The notes: generated by a model not told the origin, from the letters alone. DNA of 40,641 bases from Pseudomonadota bacterium (GCA_043825735.1 JBDRRP010000072.1:1-40641), one strand, 5' to 3'. Positions 8,261 to 20,072 are shown, numbered from the stretch's first letter. Numbers and translations are program-made.

Positions 8261-9466
8261 ATGAACCTGACCAACGACAATCTGGCGACCATCGAATTCA
8301 AGGCGCAGTGGGAGCATGACGGCATCCGGCATACCGACAGTCTGTGGGCCCAGCGGGTGAACATGTGGCGGGATGTATTTCCACCGACGCTCCACCGGCA
8401 GCTGATGAGCGCTACTGCCGGAGATGCCCCGGTCGTCGAGCTGGTCGGAGACGGACACGCGTCGCCGCCCCGCCCGGAAAATGTCGTCAGGGTGCCCCTG
8501 GCGCGGCTGCAGCCGTTCGGGCCTGCGGGCCTGCGCATCCTGCCGCGATACGGCAGGTTCTATCCCGCCGGCATCCTGGCCGGTCTTCCCGGCGTCTTCA
8601 AAGAGAGCATCACCCCCTTTCGCTGCATTTCGCGGGACGAGGCGGCCATCTCGGCCGATCTCAATCACGCTATGGCCGGGCGCTCGGTGCGCCTCACGGC
8701 CGCCGTCCGTGATGTGCGTGAAAAATTCGAGGAGCGCGGCGGCACGGCCAACGCCTGGGTGGAGACGCTCCTGGAAGGCCCGGGCTTCAAGGCCCGCGCC
8801 AACGGACGGCCGACCGATTTTTTCTCGGATGCGCCTTTCGAGCGGCCGGATGCCGTCGATGACAGTGTGTTTTATGCCCGCCCCCGGCTCGTAAACCACA
8901 TCGATGATACGGCCGTTTTATACCTGAACCGTCTTTACGGCCAATTGATACGGCCGAAAAGCCGGGTTCTCGATCTGATGAGCAGCTGGGTGTCCCACCT
9001 GCCTGAGGGGCTCGAACTGGAGGGGGTAACCGGACTGGGCATGAACCGGGAGGAGCTGGCCGCCAATCGCCGACTGACCGATGCCGCGGTTCACGATCTG
9101 AACCGCGACCCGGTACTGCCTTTTGCTTCCGGCGCCTTTGATGCCGCGGTCTGCACGGTATCGGTGGAGTACCTGACCCGGCCGTTTGAGGTGTTCAAGG
9201 AAGTGGCCCGCGTATTGCGAAACGGCGGCGTATTCATCGTCACGTTCTCAAATCGCTGGTTCCCCCCCAAGGCCATCCGGATCTGGCCGCAGCTTCACGA
9301 GTTCGAACGGGTGGGGCTCGTGACGGAGTATTTTCTAAAGAGCGGCGATTTTTCAGATCTCGAAACCTGGTCCATGCGGGGACTCCCGCGCCCGGTCAAC
9401 GACCGCTACTACTCGCAGCAGCCGTTTTCCGATCCGCTTCATGCCGTGTGGGGCTACCGGACATGA
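8261..9466 (+). CDS. Class I SAM-dependent methyltransferase with N-terminal degenerate FKBP/SlyD-like domain
   Basis: C-terminal FYARPRLVNHID, VLDLMSSWVSHLP, CTVSVEYLTRP, TFSNRWFPPKA; N-terminal ADLNHAMAGRSVRL resembles the SlyD DFNHPLAGK motif. Confidence 0.8.
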   Translation: MNLTNDNLATIEFKAQWEHDGIRHTDSLWAQRVNMWRDVFPPTLHRQLMSATAGDAPVVELVGDGHASPPRPENVVRVPLARLQPFGPAGLRILPRYGRFYPAGILAGLPGVFKESITPFRCISRDEAAISADLNHAMAGRSVRLTAAVRDVREKFEERGGTANAWVETLLEGPGFKARANGRPTDFFSDAPFERPDAVDDSVFYARPRLVNHIDDTAVLYLNRLYGQLIRPKSRVLDLMSSWVSHLPEGLELEGVTGLGMNREELAANRRLTDAAVHDLNRDPVLPFASGAFDAAVCTVSVEYLTRPFEVFKEVARVLRNGGVFIVTFSNRWFPPKAIRIWPQLHEFERVGLVTEYFLKSGDFSDLETWSMRGLPRPVNDRYYSQQPFSDPLHAVWGYRT

Positions 9467-9522
9467 GCGGCCTGTTGTCACAAGGCACCCCTGCCATGCT
9501 GCAGAAAGCTGTAGCACAATAC

Positions 9523-9738
9523 TTTCGCAGAGACGCGGAGAAAGGCAAGAAGAAAAATACCACGGCGGGTTATCACCGTTATTGGTTTGACATCCTTTAG
9601 ATCGGGGTCGTTTCTGGTTGTTCTTGATCATCCTCACCAAAGACTGGTAATTCTTTTTTGCATATTGGTTTGAGGTTTTCTCTGCGTCTCAGCGGCTTCT
9701 TGCCAGGGCGTAGCTCGCAGCGCGAAGCCTGATGCGAG
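9523..9738. repeat. 9-bp periodic inverted-arm element with small insert in its right arm
   Basis: Left tttcgcagagacgcggagaaaggcaag; right ctctgcgtctcagcggct[insert ~9702-9735]tgcgag. Confidence 0.65.
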
Positions 9739-9739
9739 T

Positions 9740-10120
9740 TTGCATGCCCTCGGGGCGTCACCACGGATGGTGCTGGCGCTTTTCCTCGGCGACGGATTCG
9801 TGCTGGGCACCGTTGGATGGCTGATGGCGCTGCCGCTGGGAGGGTTCATGACCCGGGCCATGCTCACCGGCGTGAGCGACACCATTTCCACCCTTTTCGT
9901 GCGCGTTCAGGTGGACCGGTTGCACCTCAGCGGCACCGAGATCCTGCTGAACTATGTCATCAACCCCCAGTCTTTTGGATGGAGTTTTGTCTACCGGGTG
10001 GACTGGTCGGCGCTCATGGTGTCGGTACCGCTGGTGGCGGCCGTGGCGCTGATGGCCGCTATCCCGGCCCTTCGCACGGTTTTCCGAACCCCGCCGGCAA
10101 CGCTGCTCAGAGAGCTGTGA
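9740..10120 (+). pseudogene. FtsX-like (AttFG-type) ABC permease remnant, 5'-truncated and internally deleted
   Basis: LHALGASPRMVLALFLGDG (first FtsX repeat) joined at about 9945 to C-terminal NYVINPQSFGWSF...LLREL; no N-terminus. Confidence 0.7.
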
Positions 10121-10249
10121 GGGAGATGCACCGTTGTCGCCCGGCGAGGGATTACCTCCCGGTCGGAGTGGATGTTTGCAATTTCATTTTCAGAAGACTA
10201 ATTTAAACGGTTATGATGCTTCGCCAATTCCGATCCATGGAGCCGGCCG

Positions 10250-11202
10250 ATGCCTGATCGAAATGATTTCACGAGAGCCATTACCGTGTTTCCGCTGTAT
10301 TTCAGGGACGGCGACCTCGAGCGGCGATTTCTCGATTATCATTTCGAATCCAACCTGCCTCATTTTCGGCTACACCTTTATCCGCCTGCGCTTTGTGTTG
10401 GCCGCGGCCTCCGGTTCGCTGATCACCGCGGCTTATATTGCGACCACTCTCTGGGTTATCCGTCCCCCCACCGAGATCCTGTGGATTCAGTTCCCGTTCG
10501 TTGTGGGGGTCAATCTTTTGGGTATGTTCGTGGCTTTTCACATCGAGTATTCTGCGCGACGGGCATTTTACCTTCGTGAACTGCTGATGGCACAGAAGAC
10601 GGTGGTCGATGCCGCCAATGAGCAGCTGGAGCGCCGGGTCGCCGAGAGAACAGAGGCGCTCGAAGCGGCCAACAAGACCCTGCAGCGGCACATCGATGCG
10701 CTGAAGCAAAGCGAGCTGGAACGCCACAAACTCGCCGCCCACCGTCACCACGCCTGTCGACCAGACGCCCGAAGACCTGGAAGGCCTTCCCACCGGAACT
10801 GAACGTGTCCTTTGCGTGGATGACGAAGCCGCCATCGCGGAGTTGATGGCATCCATGCTCTCCGGGCTGGGCTACCGGGACACTGCTTGCACCGGCAGCG
10901 TCGAGGCGCTGGACTTGTTTCGCGTCGATGCCGCCGCCTTTGATATCGTGATCACCGACATGACCATGCCCGACATGACCGGCACCGCGCTTGCCGAAGC
11001 CATGCTTAAGATCCGGCCCGGCATCCCCATTATCCTACTGACAGGTTACAGCAAGCACCTGTCGGCCGAACGGATTGACGATATCGGTATCCAATCGCTG
11101 ATTTATAAACCCGTTGTTCAAAAGGAACTGGCCATGGCGGTGAGGGCGGTTCTGGCGCAGGACCGTCGGTTGCCACCGCCGGAAGGATCGGACAATTCAT
11201 GA
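10250..11202 (+). pseudogene. Membrane hybrid histidine kinase remnant lacking HisKA/HATPase, in three frames
   Basis: GGAG RBS and MPDRN...LPHFR; frame switch at about 10365 to TM/coiled coil (LERRVAERTEALEAAN); second switch at about 10740 to PTVTT...LPTGTERVLCVDDE intact receiver domain. Confidence 0.75.
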
Positions 11203-11387
11203 AACTGCGCGGCCGCCGGCCGGCGATAGGGCGCGGCATCATTCTGGCGGCCGTCCTGGCACTGACCGGGGCGGTTGCCTCTGCGGACAGCGCGGCGGCG
11301 GTCGGGGCGGTTCGAGGCAAACCGGCGCGGGGACGGGGCTACCTGGAGATGACCGGCTATGCGGGCCCATTTGACGCACCGCTGTGA
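11199..11387 (+). pseudogene. AttH/CrtC-like lipocalin-fold gene remnant (signal peptide fused to C-terminal strand)
   Basis: ATGA overlap with the kinase stop; signal peptide followed almost directly by GRGYLEMTGY, a C-terminal motif typical of AttH-like proteins. Confidence 0.65.
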
Positions 11388-11524
11388 CGCGCCGTGGTTT
11401 GCCCTGGCCAAATGGTTTTTGGCTTGACCAAAAAAGCGCCCGGGGATATTTCAGAATACTGACGCAGATGCCAATATATCGCCCCCACCGCCAATTACCG
11501 AGTGAGACGAGAAGGAGGACATTC

Positions 11525-13476
<1,952 letters not shown>

Positions 13477-13480
<4 letters not shown>

Positions 13481-13646
13481 CAAACTCGCAAAAAGCAATT
13501 TTTAGCATCAGACTTCGCTCTGCTTGCTACGCACGACCAGGTAAAAAGCCTGAAATCACCACAGAGAGCGCAGAGACCACAGAGGTAAACAAATAATTGT
13601 TAAACATATTCTCTGCGTCCCTCTGCGATCTCTGCGGTTCAAAATC
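13477..13646. mobile_element. Composite TIR / periodic inverted-arm element
   Basis: TIR ttgacaaactcgcaaaaag includes the ligase stop codon; insert at 13505-13540; 13541-13646 is collinear with 23202-23307 (both 106 nt). Confidence 0.8.
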
Positions 13647-13661
13647 GGTTTTTTTCTTTTT

Positions 13662-13699
13662 CGTCATCCCGGACGAGTGAAACGAGATCCGGGATCCAG
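13662..13699 (+). repeat. REP-like palindrome (GTCATCCCGG...CCGGGATCCAG type)
   Basis: cgtcatcccggacgagtgaaacgagatccgggatccag; stem atcccgga/tccgggat. Confidence 0.6.
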
Positions 13700-13773
13700 T
13701 ATTCATTATCCGCCTCGGGGCAGGGCTTAGACCGCCCATAGGATCTTGAACGGCATTTTAAAGGAGATGACCG

Positions 13774-14292
13774 ATGGCAGCGCAAACGGAAACCAGGCGT
13801 CGCGCCGACTCGACGCTGCGGATGTCGCATCTGTGGATGAGACGGTTGCTGATCGGTGCACTCGTTCTTACCGTCGGCTGCACGGCCACCTACGGCCGAC
13901 TGGCGCGCAGCCGTGATGTGGACGACCAGTTCACGCGCTCTGAGGTGCGCACCGGCTACCGCTACTATTCCTTCGGCAGTCAGAACGCGCCGCTGGCCAT
14001 CATGGGCATCGATGGTCGCTATACATTGGCCACGTCCGTCTGGACGCCGCTCGAAAACCTCACCCCTGAAATTCTGAAGGCTCGCGTCGAGGGCATGACC
14101 GATCAACTCGGTTTTTCTCCAGCCAACTACGGGGGCGTACTGCTCACCCCGGACGGCACCCCCTTCGGCATCTGGTACTCGCGCTATGCCGATGCCACGA
14201 TCGCCTTCGGTGAAAACAACACCGTATCGGTAACCCCGCCGCGCCGGACAGAGCGGGAAGGGGACGGCCCCTTTCTTCGCCAGCGCGACTGA
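13774..14292 (+). CDS. Hypothetical lipoprotein (start may be a downstream Met)
   Basis: AAGGAG RBS; hydrophobic stretch with lipobox LTVGC. Confidence 0.7.
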   Translation: MAAQTETRRRADSTLRMSHLWMRRLLIGALVLTVGCTATYGRLARSRDVDDQFTRSEVRTGYRYYSFGSQNAPLAIMGIDGRYTLATSVWTPLENLTPEILKARVEGMTDQLGFSPANYGGVLLTPDGTPFGIWYSRYADATIAFGENNTVSVTPPRRTEREGDGPFLRQRD

Positions 14293-14313
14293 CAGATGCG
14301 CCATTGCCTATGA

Positions 14314-14393
14314 AACCACGAAGAACACGAAGTGCACGAAGAAAAATATAAAATTAGATATAAAAAGAAATGATCTTCGTGAACTTCGTGGTT
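14314..14393. repeat. 9-bp periodic inverted-arm element (CACGAAG family)
   Basis: aaccacgaagaacacgaagtgcacgaag, ~33-nt AT-rich spacer, cttcgtgaacttcgtggtt. Confidence 0.85.
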
Positions 14394-14480
14394 CGCGTCG
14401 CCATCGAGAGGCAGGAGATACAGCTTAATTATCCCCGTGCGATGCTATTTTACCCCTGACCCGGTTGAGGTTGTTGCGCC

Positions 14481-16214
14481 ATGACGGCAGAGACGGTCAT
14501 GTGGAGCCTGTTGATGCAGATGGTGCTTTTGCTGGGCGCCGCTTACCTGCTGGGAGTGCTGGCTCAGCGATTTTTGCAGAGCGCCATCATCGGATATCTT
14601 CTGGCCGGCAGTGTGGCTGGCCAGTTTCTGTTCGAAAAGGCGGCCGTGGCCGCGGTCGCCGAACTCGGTGTGGCGCTGCTGCTGTTTTCCATCGGACTGG
14701 AGCTTTCATTCCGTCAGCTGCGGGTTATCGGGAGAAAAGTACTCATCGGGGGCGCCCTCCAGGTGGTGGTGACGCTGGTCGTTATTGCTTCGGGGCTGTC
14801 CTTTGTCATCCCCATGAGCAGTGCCGTCGTGGTCGGCGCCGCGCTGGCATTGAGCTCTACGGCTATTGTCATGAGGGTGCTGCAGCACTCCGGGGCGGTG
14901 GATTCGGTCCGGGGGCGATCCGCACTGGGCATCCTGCTGGTTCAGGACCTGACCGTGGTGCCGCTGGTACTCATGGTCTCGATGATGGGCGGGGATGGTG
15001 GTTTTAGCGCCGTAGCGCTGGCGCTGGGCCGGACGCTGCTGGCCGTGGCCGGGCTGATGGCGATTTTTTATCTCCTTTTTTACCGCATCATCCCCTGGCT
15101 GCTCCATACCGGGGGGCTTTTTGCCAATCGCGAACTGACCATGCTTCTGGCGATCCTTTCGGGCATCGGGTCCACCTGGAGCGCCCACGCCGTTGGGCTG
15201 TCGCCGGCGCTGGGGGCGTTTGCGGCGGGCATTCTTCTGGCGGAATCGCCCTTTGCCACCCAGATCCGGGCGGACACCGACGCCATCCGCACCCTTTTCG
15301 TGACACTGTTTTTCACCTCCGTAGGCATGCTGCTGGACGTGGGCTGGCTGGTGCGGCACGTGGCCCTACTGCTGCCGGCAGTGGCCCTGATTCTGGCCGT
15401 CAAGACCGGTATCGTCTTTGCCATATTTAAGGCCATGCGTATCGATTCGGCGGTGGCCCTCGCAACAGGGATTTCATTGGGACAGGTGGGGGAATTCGCG
15501 TTTGTACTCATGGCGGCTGCCCGGGAGCGATCGCTTCTGGATGAAGCCACCCTGACTGCGGTGGTGGCCACGGCCCTGCTGAGCATGTTCGCAGCTCCCT
15601 ATATGGTGCGATATGCCGATCCCCTGGCGCGGCGCCTGTTGCCCCGGAGGCCGTCGCGCGCGCCAACGGCGCCGGATGCGTCCGCATCGGCGATCGGGTG
15701 CACTGCGCTGGTGGTGGGATGGGGACCGGCCGGCAAAAAAGTGGCGCTCGCGCTCAAGGATGTGGGGCTGCGGCCGGAGATCATCGAGCTGAACCCGGCT
15801 TCGCGCGCCTCGGCGGCACGCTCCGGGTTTTCCATGCATCTGGGGGATGCGACCCAGAGCGAAGTCCTGCTGCATGCCGGTGTCGGGGATGCGGGGGTGG
15901 TGGTGGTCACCGCTCCGGATACGGCAACCGCTCATGACGTCATCAAGGCCATCCGGGCCATTGCTCCGGTGGTTCCCATCGTGGCGCGGGGCCGCTATCA
16001 CCGGCACGCCTCCCGACTCAAGGACGCCGGCGCCACCATCGTAGTGGACGAAGAGCAGGAAGTGGGTGGCCGATTGGCCGAGGAAGTCCGGCGGCTGGTG
16101 GCTGAAAGCGACATGCACTCCTTGGTTTGCAGACTGGCCGGCGTCGGCAGTGATGCGCCGCATACCGCGCCAGCGCCGGCGGCGGCAACCGAACCGCCGG
16201 ACAAAGCCGGGTAG
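14481..16214 (+). CDS. CPA2 cation:proton antiporter with TrkA-N (KTN) domain, Kef-like
   Basis: AELGVALLLFSIGLE, ALSSTAIV, GILLVQD, LGQVGEFAFV; C-terminal VVGWGPAG...GDATQSEVL. Confidence 0.9.
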   Translation: MTAETVMWSLLMQMVLLLGAAYLLGVLAQRFLQSAIIGYLLAGSVAGQFLFEKAAVAAVAELGVALLLFSIGLELSFRQLRVIGRKVLIGGALQVVVTLVVIASGLSFVIPMSSAVVVGAALALSSTAIVMRVLQHSGAVDSVRGRSALGILLVQDLTVVPLVLMVSMMGGDGGFSAVALALGRTLLAVAGLMAIFYLLFYRIIPWLLHTGGLFANRELTMLLAILSGIGSTWSAHAVGLSPALGAFAAGILLAESPFATQIRADTDAIRTLFVTLFFTSVGMLLDVGWLVRHVALLLPAVALILAVKTGIVFAIFKAMRIDSAVALATGISLGQVGEFAFVLMAAARERSLLDEATLTAVVATALLSMFAAPYMVRYADPLARRLLPRRPSRAPTAPDASASAIGCTALVVGWGPAGKKVALALKDVGLRPEIIELNPASRASAARSGFSMHLGDATQSEVLLHAGVGDAGVVVVTAPDTATAHDVIKAIRAIAPVVPIVARGRYHRHASRLKDAGATIVVDEEQEVGGRLAEEVRRLVAESDMHSLVCRLAGVGSDAPHTAPAPAAATEPPDKAG

Positions 16215-16271
16215 ATCAAAAAACGCAAGGTTGATCTCATAACTGGCGCTTCATTGGGAACCCAAAAAATA

Positions 16272-16623
16272 TCCCGCCACGACGCTACGAGATCAATTTG
16301 TACTGTCTTTTAAAATCTGGTCCTCAGGACCAGGTCAGAGATAATTGGCTATGTCGCAAAAACACGTCTCGCGCAGAGACGTAGAGGCGCAGAGAAAACC
16401 ATGAATTTTTCCATCTTCGCCGGATATGACCCAAATCTTCTTGTCGCTGTAAGCTTGAACAGGTTTTTCGCACGATAGTGCGAGGAGATCCTGGTTTTGA
16501 TTTTCTCTGCGCCTCTGCGTCTTTGCGCGATGAAGCCCCTTTCAGGGGCAACCTAAAGCCTGGCCATCAGGGTCAGGAATGTTTACTTTTTCTGCCGTTG
16601 CGTCGTAGCGCCGTTGCGTGAGA
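16272..16623. repeat. Three-layer nested repeat element
   Basis: Outer CGTTGCG-family arms (16272-16290 / 16596-16623); middle small hairpins ctggtcctcaggaccag and cctggccatcagggtcagg; inner CGCAGAG arms (16367-16400 / 16493-16530). Confidence 0.75.
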
Positions 16624-16633
16624 CTAAGATTTT

Positions 16634-19600
16634 TCACGTTTCTCTTGAATCCGTTGCCTCGGGCATCTCGCAGTCATTATCAAGAATCCCGCGAATTTTT
16701 AGTGACAGCTGCTGAAGGTCGAAGGGCTTTTGTATAAAGCCGCTGCAGCCGTTTTTCAGAATTTCAGAGGCCTCGCCCTCAATGCTGTAGCCGCTGGACA
16801 GGAGCACCCTGACGCTCGGTGAAACGGCCTTTAGCTGCGCAAAGGTTTCCCTGCCGCTGAGATCCGGCATGATCAGGTCCAGGACGACGAGATCGATATC
16901 CGAAGTGCGTTCGGTAAACACGGAAACCGCTTTTTTACCACCGCCGGCCGTGATGACATGATAGCCCAGACGTGTGAGCAATGCTTCTCCCACCGATAGA
17001 ATCATTTCCTCATCGTCCACGAGCAGTATGGTCTCACTGCCGCGGGTGATGGTTTCGGTGATATGAGGGATCGCCACGGGCGTTTTCCGGGATGCCGGCA
17101 AAAGAACGGTGAACGTGGTGCCGTCTCCGGGCTTGCTGGCGACCGTGATGGCACCGTTGTGGTGCTTGACGATGCCGTAGGCCGAGGCGAGCCCCAGACC
17201 GGTGCCGCGGTCGCGGGACTTGGTGGAAAAAAACGGCTCGAAGATGCGTTCCCGGGTTTTGTCATCCATGCCGATTCCGGTATCCGATACCTCGATGACG
17301 CCGTAGTCTCCTGGGCCGACGCCGTGCGCCTGGGCTGCCTCTACCGACAATGACAGATTCCGGGTCGAAACGGTCAGATCTCCCCCATCGGGCATGGCCT
17401 GCCAGGCATTCACGAACAGGTTAAGCAACACCTGTTCGATCTGGCTGCGATCCACCACGGCGGTGTAAAGATTGTCTGCGAATTTTTTGGAGATGCGCAG
17501 CTCCTTTCGGGTTCGGCCGAACATGTCGATGGTCTTTTCGAGCAAGGTGTTCAGATCGGTGGCCTTGAGATCGTACTTGCCGCTGCGGGCAAAGCCCAAC
17601 AGCTGTTTGGTCAGTTGAGAGGCGCTTTTGACGTATTCCTCGATCCCCTTGGCGTGCTCCATCTGCGGGGCATCCGGTTCCAGGTCGATCTGGATGAGGG
17701 AGGCCCGGCCCTGAATACCCATGAGCAGGTTGTTGAAATTGTGGGCGATACCGCCGGCCAGGGTTCCTATGGATTCCATGCGCTGGGCCAGGTGAAACCG
17801 TTCTTCAAGGCGTTTACGCTCGGAAATGTCGATGAGAAACCCACGCATCCCGACCGGCTCGCCATCTTTGAGAATGAGTGAGGACCGGGCCATGACCGGA
17901 AACCGGGAGCCGTCCTTTCGGATTGCAGTGTATTCGTTCAGCCCGAGATCTTCCCCCTGGAGAATTCTGGTAATGTTGTCCATCATCTTCCCATGGTCGG
18001 CAGGGTCGATGAGCGTGGCGATGTTGAATCCGATTTCCAGGTCTTCGGGGGTGTAGAGAAACTGATCGAAACCGCTCTTATTGGTGAATCGCAGCCGACC
18101 CTGAAGATCGACTTCGTAGACGGTCTCAGGGAGCAGCTCGGCCAGATCCCGGAACCGGGCCTCGCTTTCACGCAGCTCTTGCGCGGCCTGTTGACGGTCT
18201 GTGATATCGCGGTCAATCCCGCGATAACCGAGAAGGGTCCCGTCGGCGGAGAGGATCGGCGCCCCGGTGGTCTCAAGAATGACCTCCCGGCCGTTTTTGC
18301 TGAGGTTGGTGTTTATGAGCTGTTCGATGGGCAGCCGCTGCCTGCTGACCTCAGCGAACAGTGCTCCGATCCGTTCGGCTTCGGCCGGAGCCATGAAGTC
18401 GAAGGGGGTCTTGCCGATTACCTCTTCCGGTGCATATCCCAGCAGCTCTTTGATCTTTGGGCTCACGTAGGTATAGCGTCCCCGGGCATCCACTTCCCAG
18501 ATCCAGTCGCTGGATGTTTCCACCAGGGTGCGGAATTTGTCCTCGCTCTTTTTCAGCTTTGTCTCCACCGCACGGCGTTCCAAAAGGTTGAGGGCGATGA
18601 CCACGGTGAACAACAGCAGCATCCCGAATGCCAGGGCGACTTGCCAGACGAGCCGCCGATATTGATCATAGAACGACGGTGGCCGGTTGATGACCGTGCT
18701 GCCTGCGGGCAGGCGGGATGCCGGTAGGTCGAATCGTTTGAGGACCGAATCGTCGAAGATATACCGGTTGGGGCCGCCGTCCTTGATGACCGGGATAGCG
18801 GCGGGGCGCTCACCGCTCAAGACGCGCAGGGCCAATTCGGCGGCAGCCACGCCCTGAGAAAAACCGGTGGTCAGCATGCCGCCGACGACACCGTGGTCCA
18901 GGTGGAAATCCCAGAAACTGTAAACGGGGCAGTTGCTGGCGGCGGTGATCAGATCGGCGCTTTGCTCCAGCGAGAACGTATTGCCCGAATGGTCCGAAGT
19001 GAAGGCCAGCAGCAGCACGATGCTCTCGTGCGGCAGGTGGCTGACCTCCTGTTGCACCTCGGCCATGTCCTTGTCGGTGATGGTGATGAACGTCAGGCGG
19101 TCCCCGTAAAGGGGAATGATCTGCTCCAGCAGCTTCAGATTCGCCTTTCCGGTCACTGTTTTGTCCACTACCGAGTAGACGCTGCGCAGGTTCGGGTTGA
19201 TGGTCAGGGCGGCGTCGATGGTGCCCTTGATGCTGAAGGATTCCACCACGCCGGTGAAGTCGGCGGTGTCGGCAATCATTTCATCTTTGAAGTAGTTGAC
19301 GCCGCAAAAGACCACTGGCGCACCGGGGAAAATGGTGTCGTGGTGGGACAGCAGAAACTGAAAGGCATGATCGTCGGAGGAGATGATGGCGTCGAAGCGG
19401 CGGTTGCGATATTTATATTTGAAAAGGGCCGTCAGATCTCCCAGGTATTTCTCATCGAAGATCCGCTTGGTGTCCATATACTCGGTGAAGATTTCTATGG
19501 GTTGACCACTGGTGCGGAAGGTCTTCTCGATGCCCTGGGCGATGCTGTCGGTCCATCCCAGGCCCTTGTGGTAGCTGTGGAGCACCAGGACGCGTTTGAG

Positions 19601-19699
19601 GCCCGTATCGGCGGTTGCCGACGATACGGTGGCAATGAGCACCGTCAGGATGGCTATCGAAGCAGCGGCCAGTTGCTCTAGAACAGAGTGTTTTCTCAT
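16634..19699 (-). CDS. Hybrid sensor histidine kinase (periplasmic ABC-substrate-binding-like sensor, 2 PAS, HisKA, HATPase, REC)
   Basis: RVLVLHSYHKG sensor start; GTLAGGIAHNFNNLL H-box; DTGIGM, GTGLGL; ILLVDDEE receiver. Confidence 0.93.
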   Translation of the reverse strand: MRKHSVLEQLAAASIAILTVLIATVSSATADTGLKRVLVLHSYHKGLGWTDSIAQGIEKTFRTSGQPIEIFTEYMDTKRIFDEKYLGDLTALFKYKYRNRRFDAIISSDDHAFQFLLSHHDTIFPGAPVVFCGVNYFKDEMIADTADFTGVVESFSIKGTIDAALTINPNLRSVYSVVDKTVTGKANLKLLEQIIPLYGDRLTFITITDKDMAEVQQEVSHLPHESIVLLLAFTSDHSGNTFSLEQSADLITAASNCPVYSFWDFHLDHGVVGGMLTTGFSQGVAAAELALRVLSGERPAAIPVIKDGGPNRYIFDDSVLKRFDLPASRLPAGSTVINRPPSFYDQYRRLVWQVALAFGMLLLFTVVIALNLLERRAVETKLKKSEDKFRTLVETSSDWIWEVDARGRYTYVSPKIKELLGYAPEEVIGKTPFDFMAPAEAERIGALFAEVSRQRLPIEQLINTNLSKNGREVILETTGAPILSADGTLLGYRGIDRDITDRQQAAQELRESEARFRDLAELLPETVYEVDLQGRLRFTNKSGFDQFLYTPEDLEIGFNIATLIDPADHGKMMDNITRILQGEDLGLNEYTAIRKDGSRFPVMARSSLILKDGEPVGMRGFLIDISERKRLEERFHLAQRMESIGTLAGGIAHNFNNLLMGIQGRASLIQIDLEPDAPQMEHAKGIEEYVKSASQLTKQLLGFARSGKYDLKATDLNTLLEKTIDMFGRTRKELRISKKFADNLYTAVVDRSQIEQVLLNLFVNAWQAMPDGGDLTVSTRNLSLSVEAAQAHGVGPGDYGVIEVSDTGIGMDDKTRERIFEPFFSTKSRDRGTGLGLASAYGIVKHHNGAITVASKPGDGTTFTVLLPASRKTPVAIPHITETITRGSETILLVDDEEMILSVGEALLTRLGYHVITAGGGKKAVSVFTERTSDIDLVVLDLIMPDLSGRETFAQLKAVSPSVRVLLSSGYSIEGEASEILKNGCSGFIQKPFDLQQLSLKIRGILDNDCEMPEATDSRET

Positions 19700-19851
19700 C
19701 GCAGCCTCCGGTTCGCATAACGAGCGGTATGGGCGAAAGAGAAATGCAGTGACGCCATCCTAACACATTGCAGCTCAGGGTGCACTCCGTTTGCGGAAAT
19801 CAGGATGGGCATGAGACTGCTTAAATCGGTTGATCCGCGGTTCGGTGGCCG

Positions 19852-19959
19852 TCAGTCCTGATCATTTCCCAGCATTTCTTCAGTTTCCATCCACATGACA
19901 TTGATGATGCCAAATGCGCAGGCCAGCAGCACACCGAGGATCCATGAAAAATACCACAT
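19852..19959 (-). CDS. cydX: Cytochrome bd oxidase small subunit CydX, 35 aa
   Basis: MWYFSWILGVLLACAFGIINVMWME; GGAGG RBS; downstream of cydB. Confidence 0.92.
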   Translation of the reverse strand: MWYFSWILGVLLACAFGIINVMWMETEEMLGNDQD

Positions 19960-20042
19960 ATCGATGCCTCCGTTGGTTATAGCCCGGAACGATTGTTTCC
20001 GTGCCGTGGTTTTTTGTGTCATCACTGCCCGCGGTTTCGGGG

Positions 20043-20072
20043 CCGGCATCGAAGTGAAAATTCCGATGCCGG
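20043..20072. other. GC-rich stem-loop between cydB and cydX
   Basis: ccggcatcg-N12-cgatgccgg perfect 9-bp stem; no U-tract. Confidence 0.55.

Noticed and set aside
11384..11524. N-terminal extension of acetoacetate-CoA ligase
   Set aside because: Strong AGGAGG RBS and family-like N-terminus indicate a start at 11525
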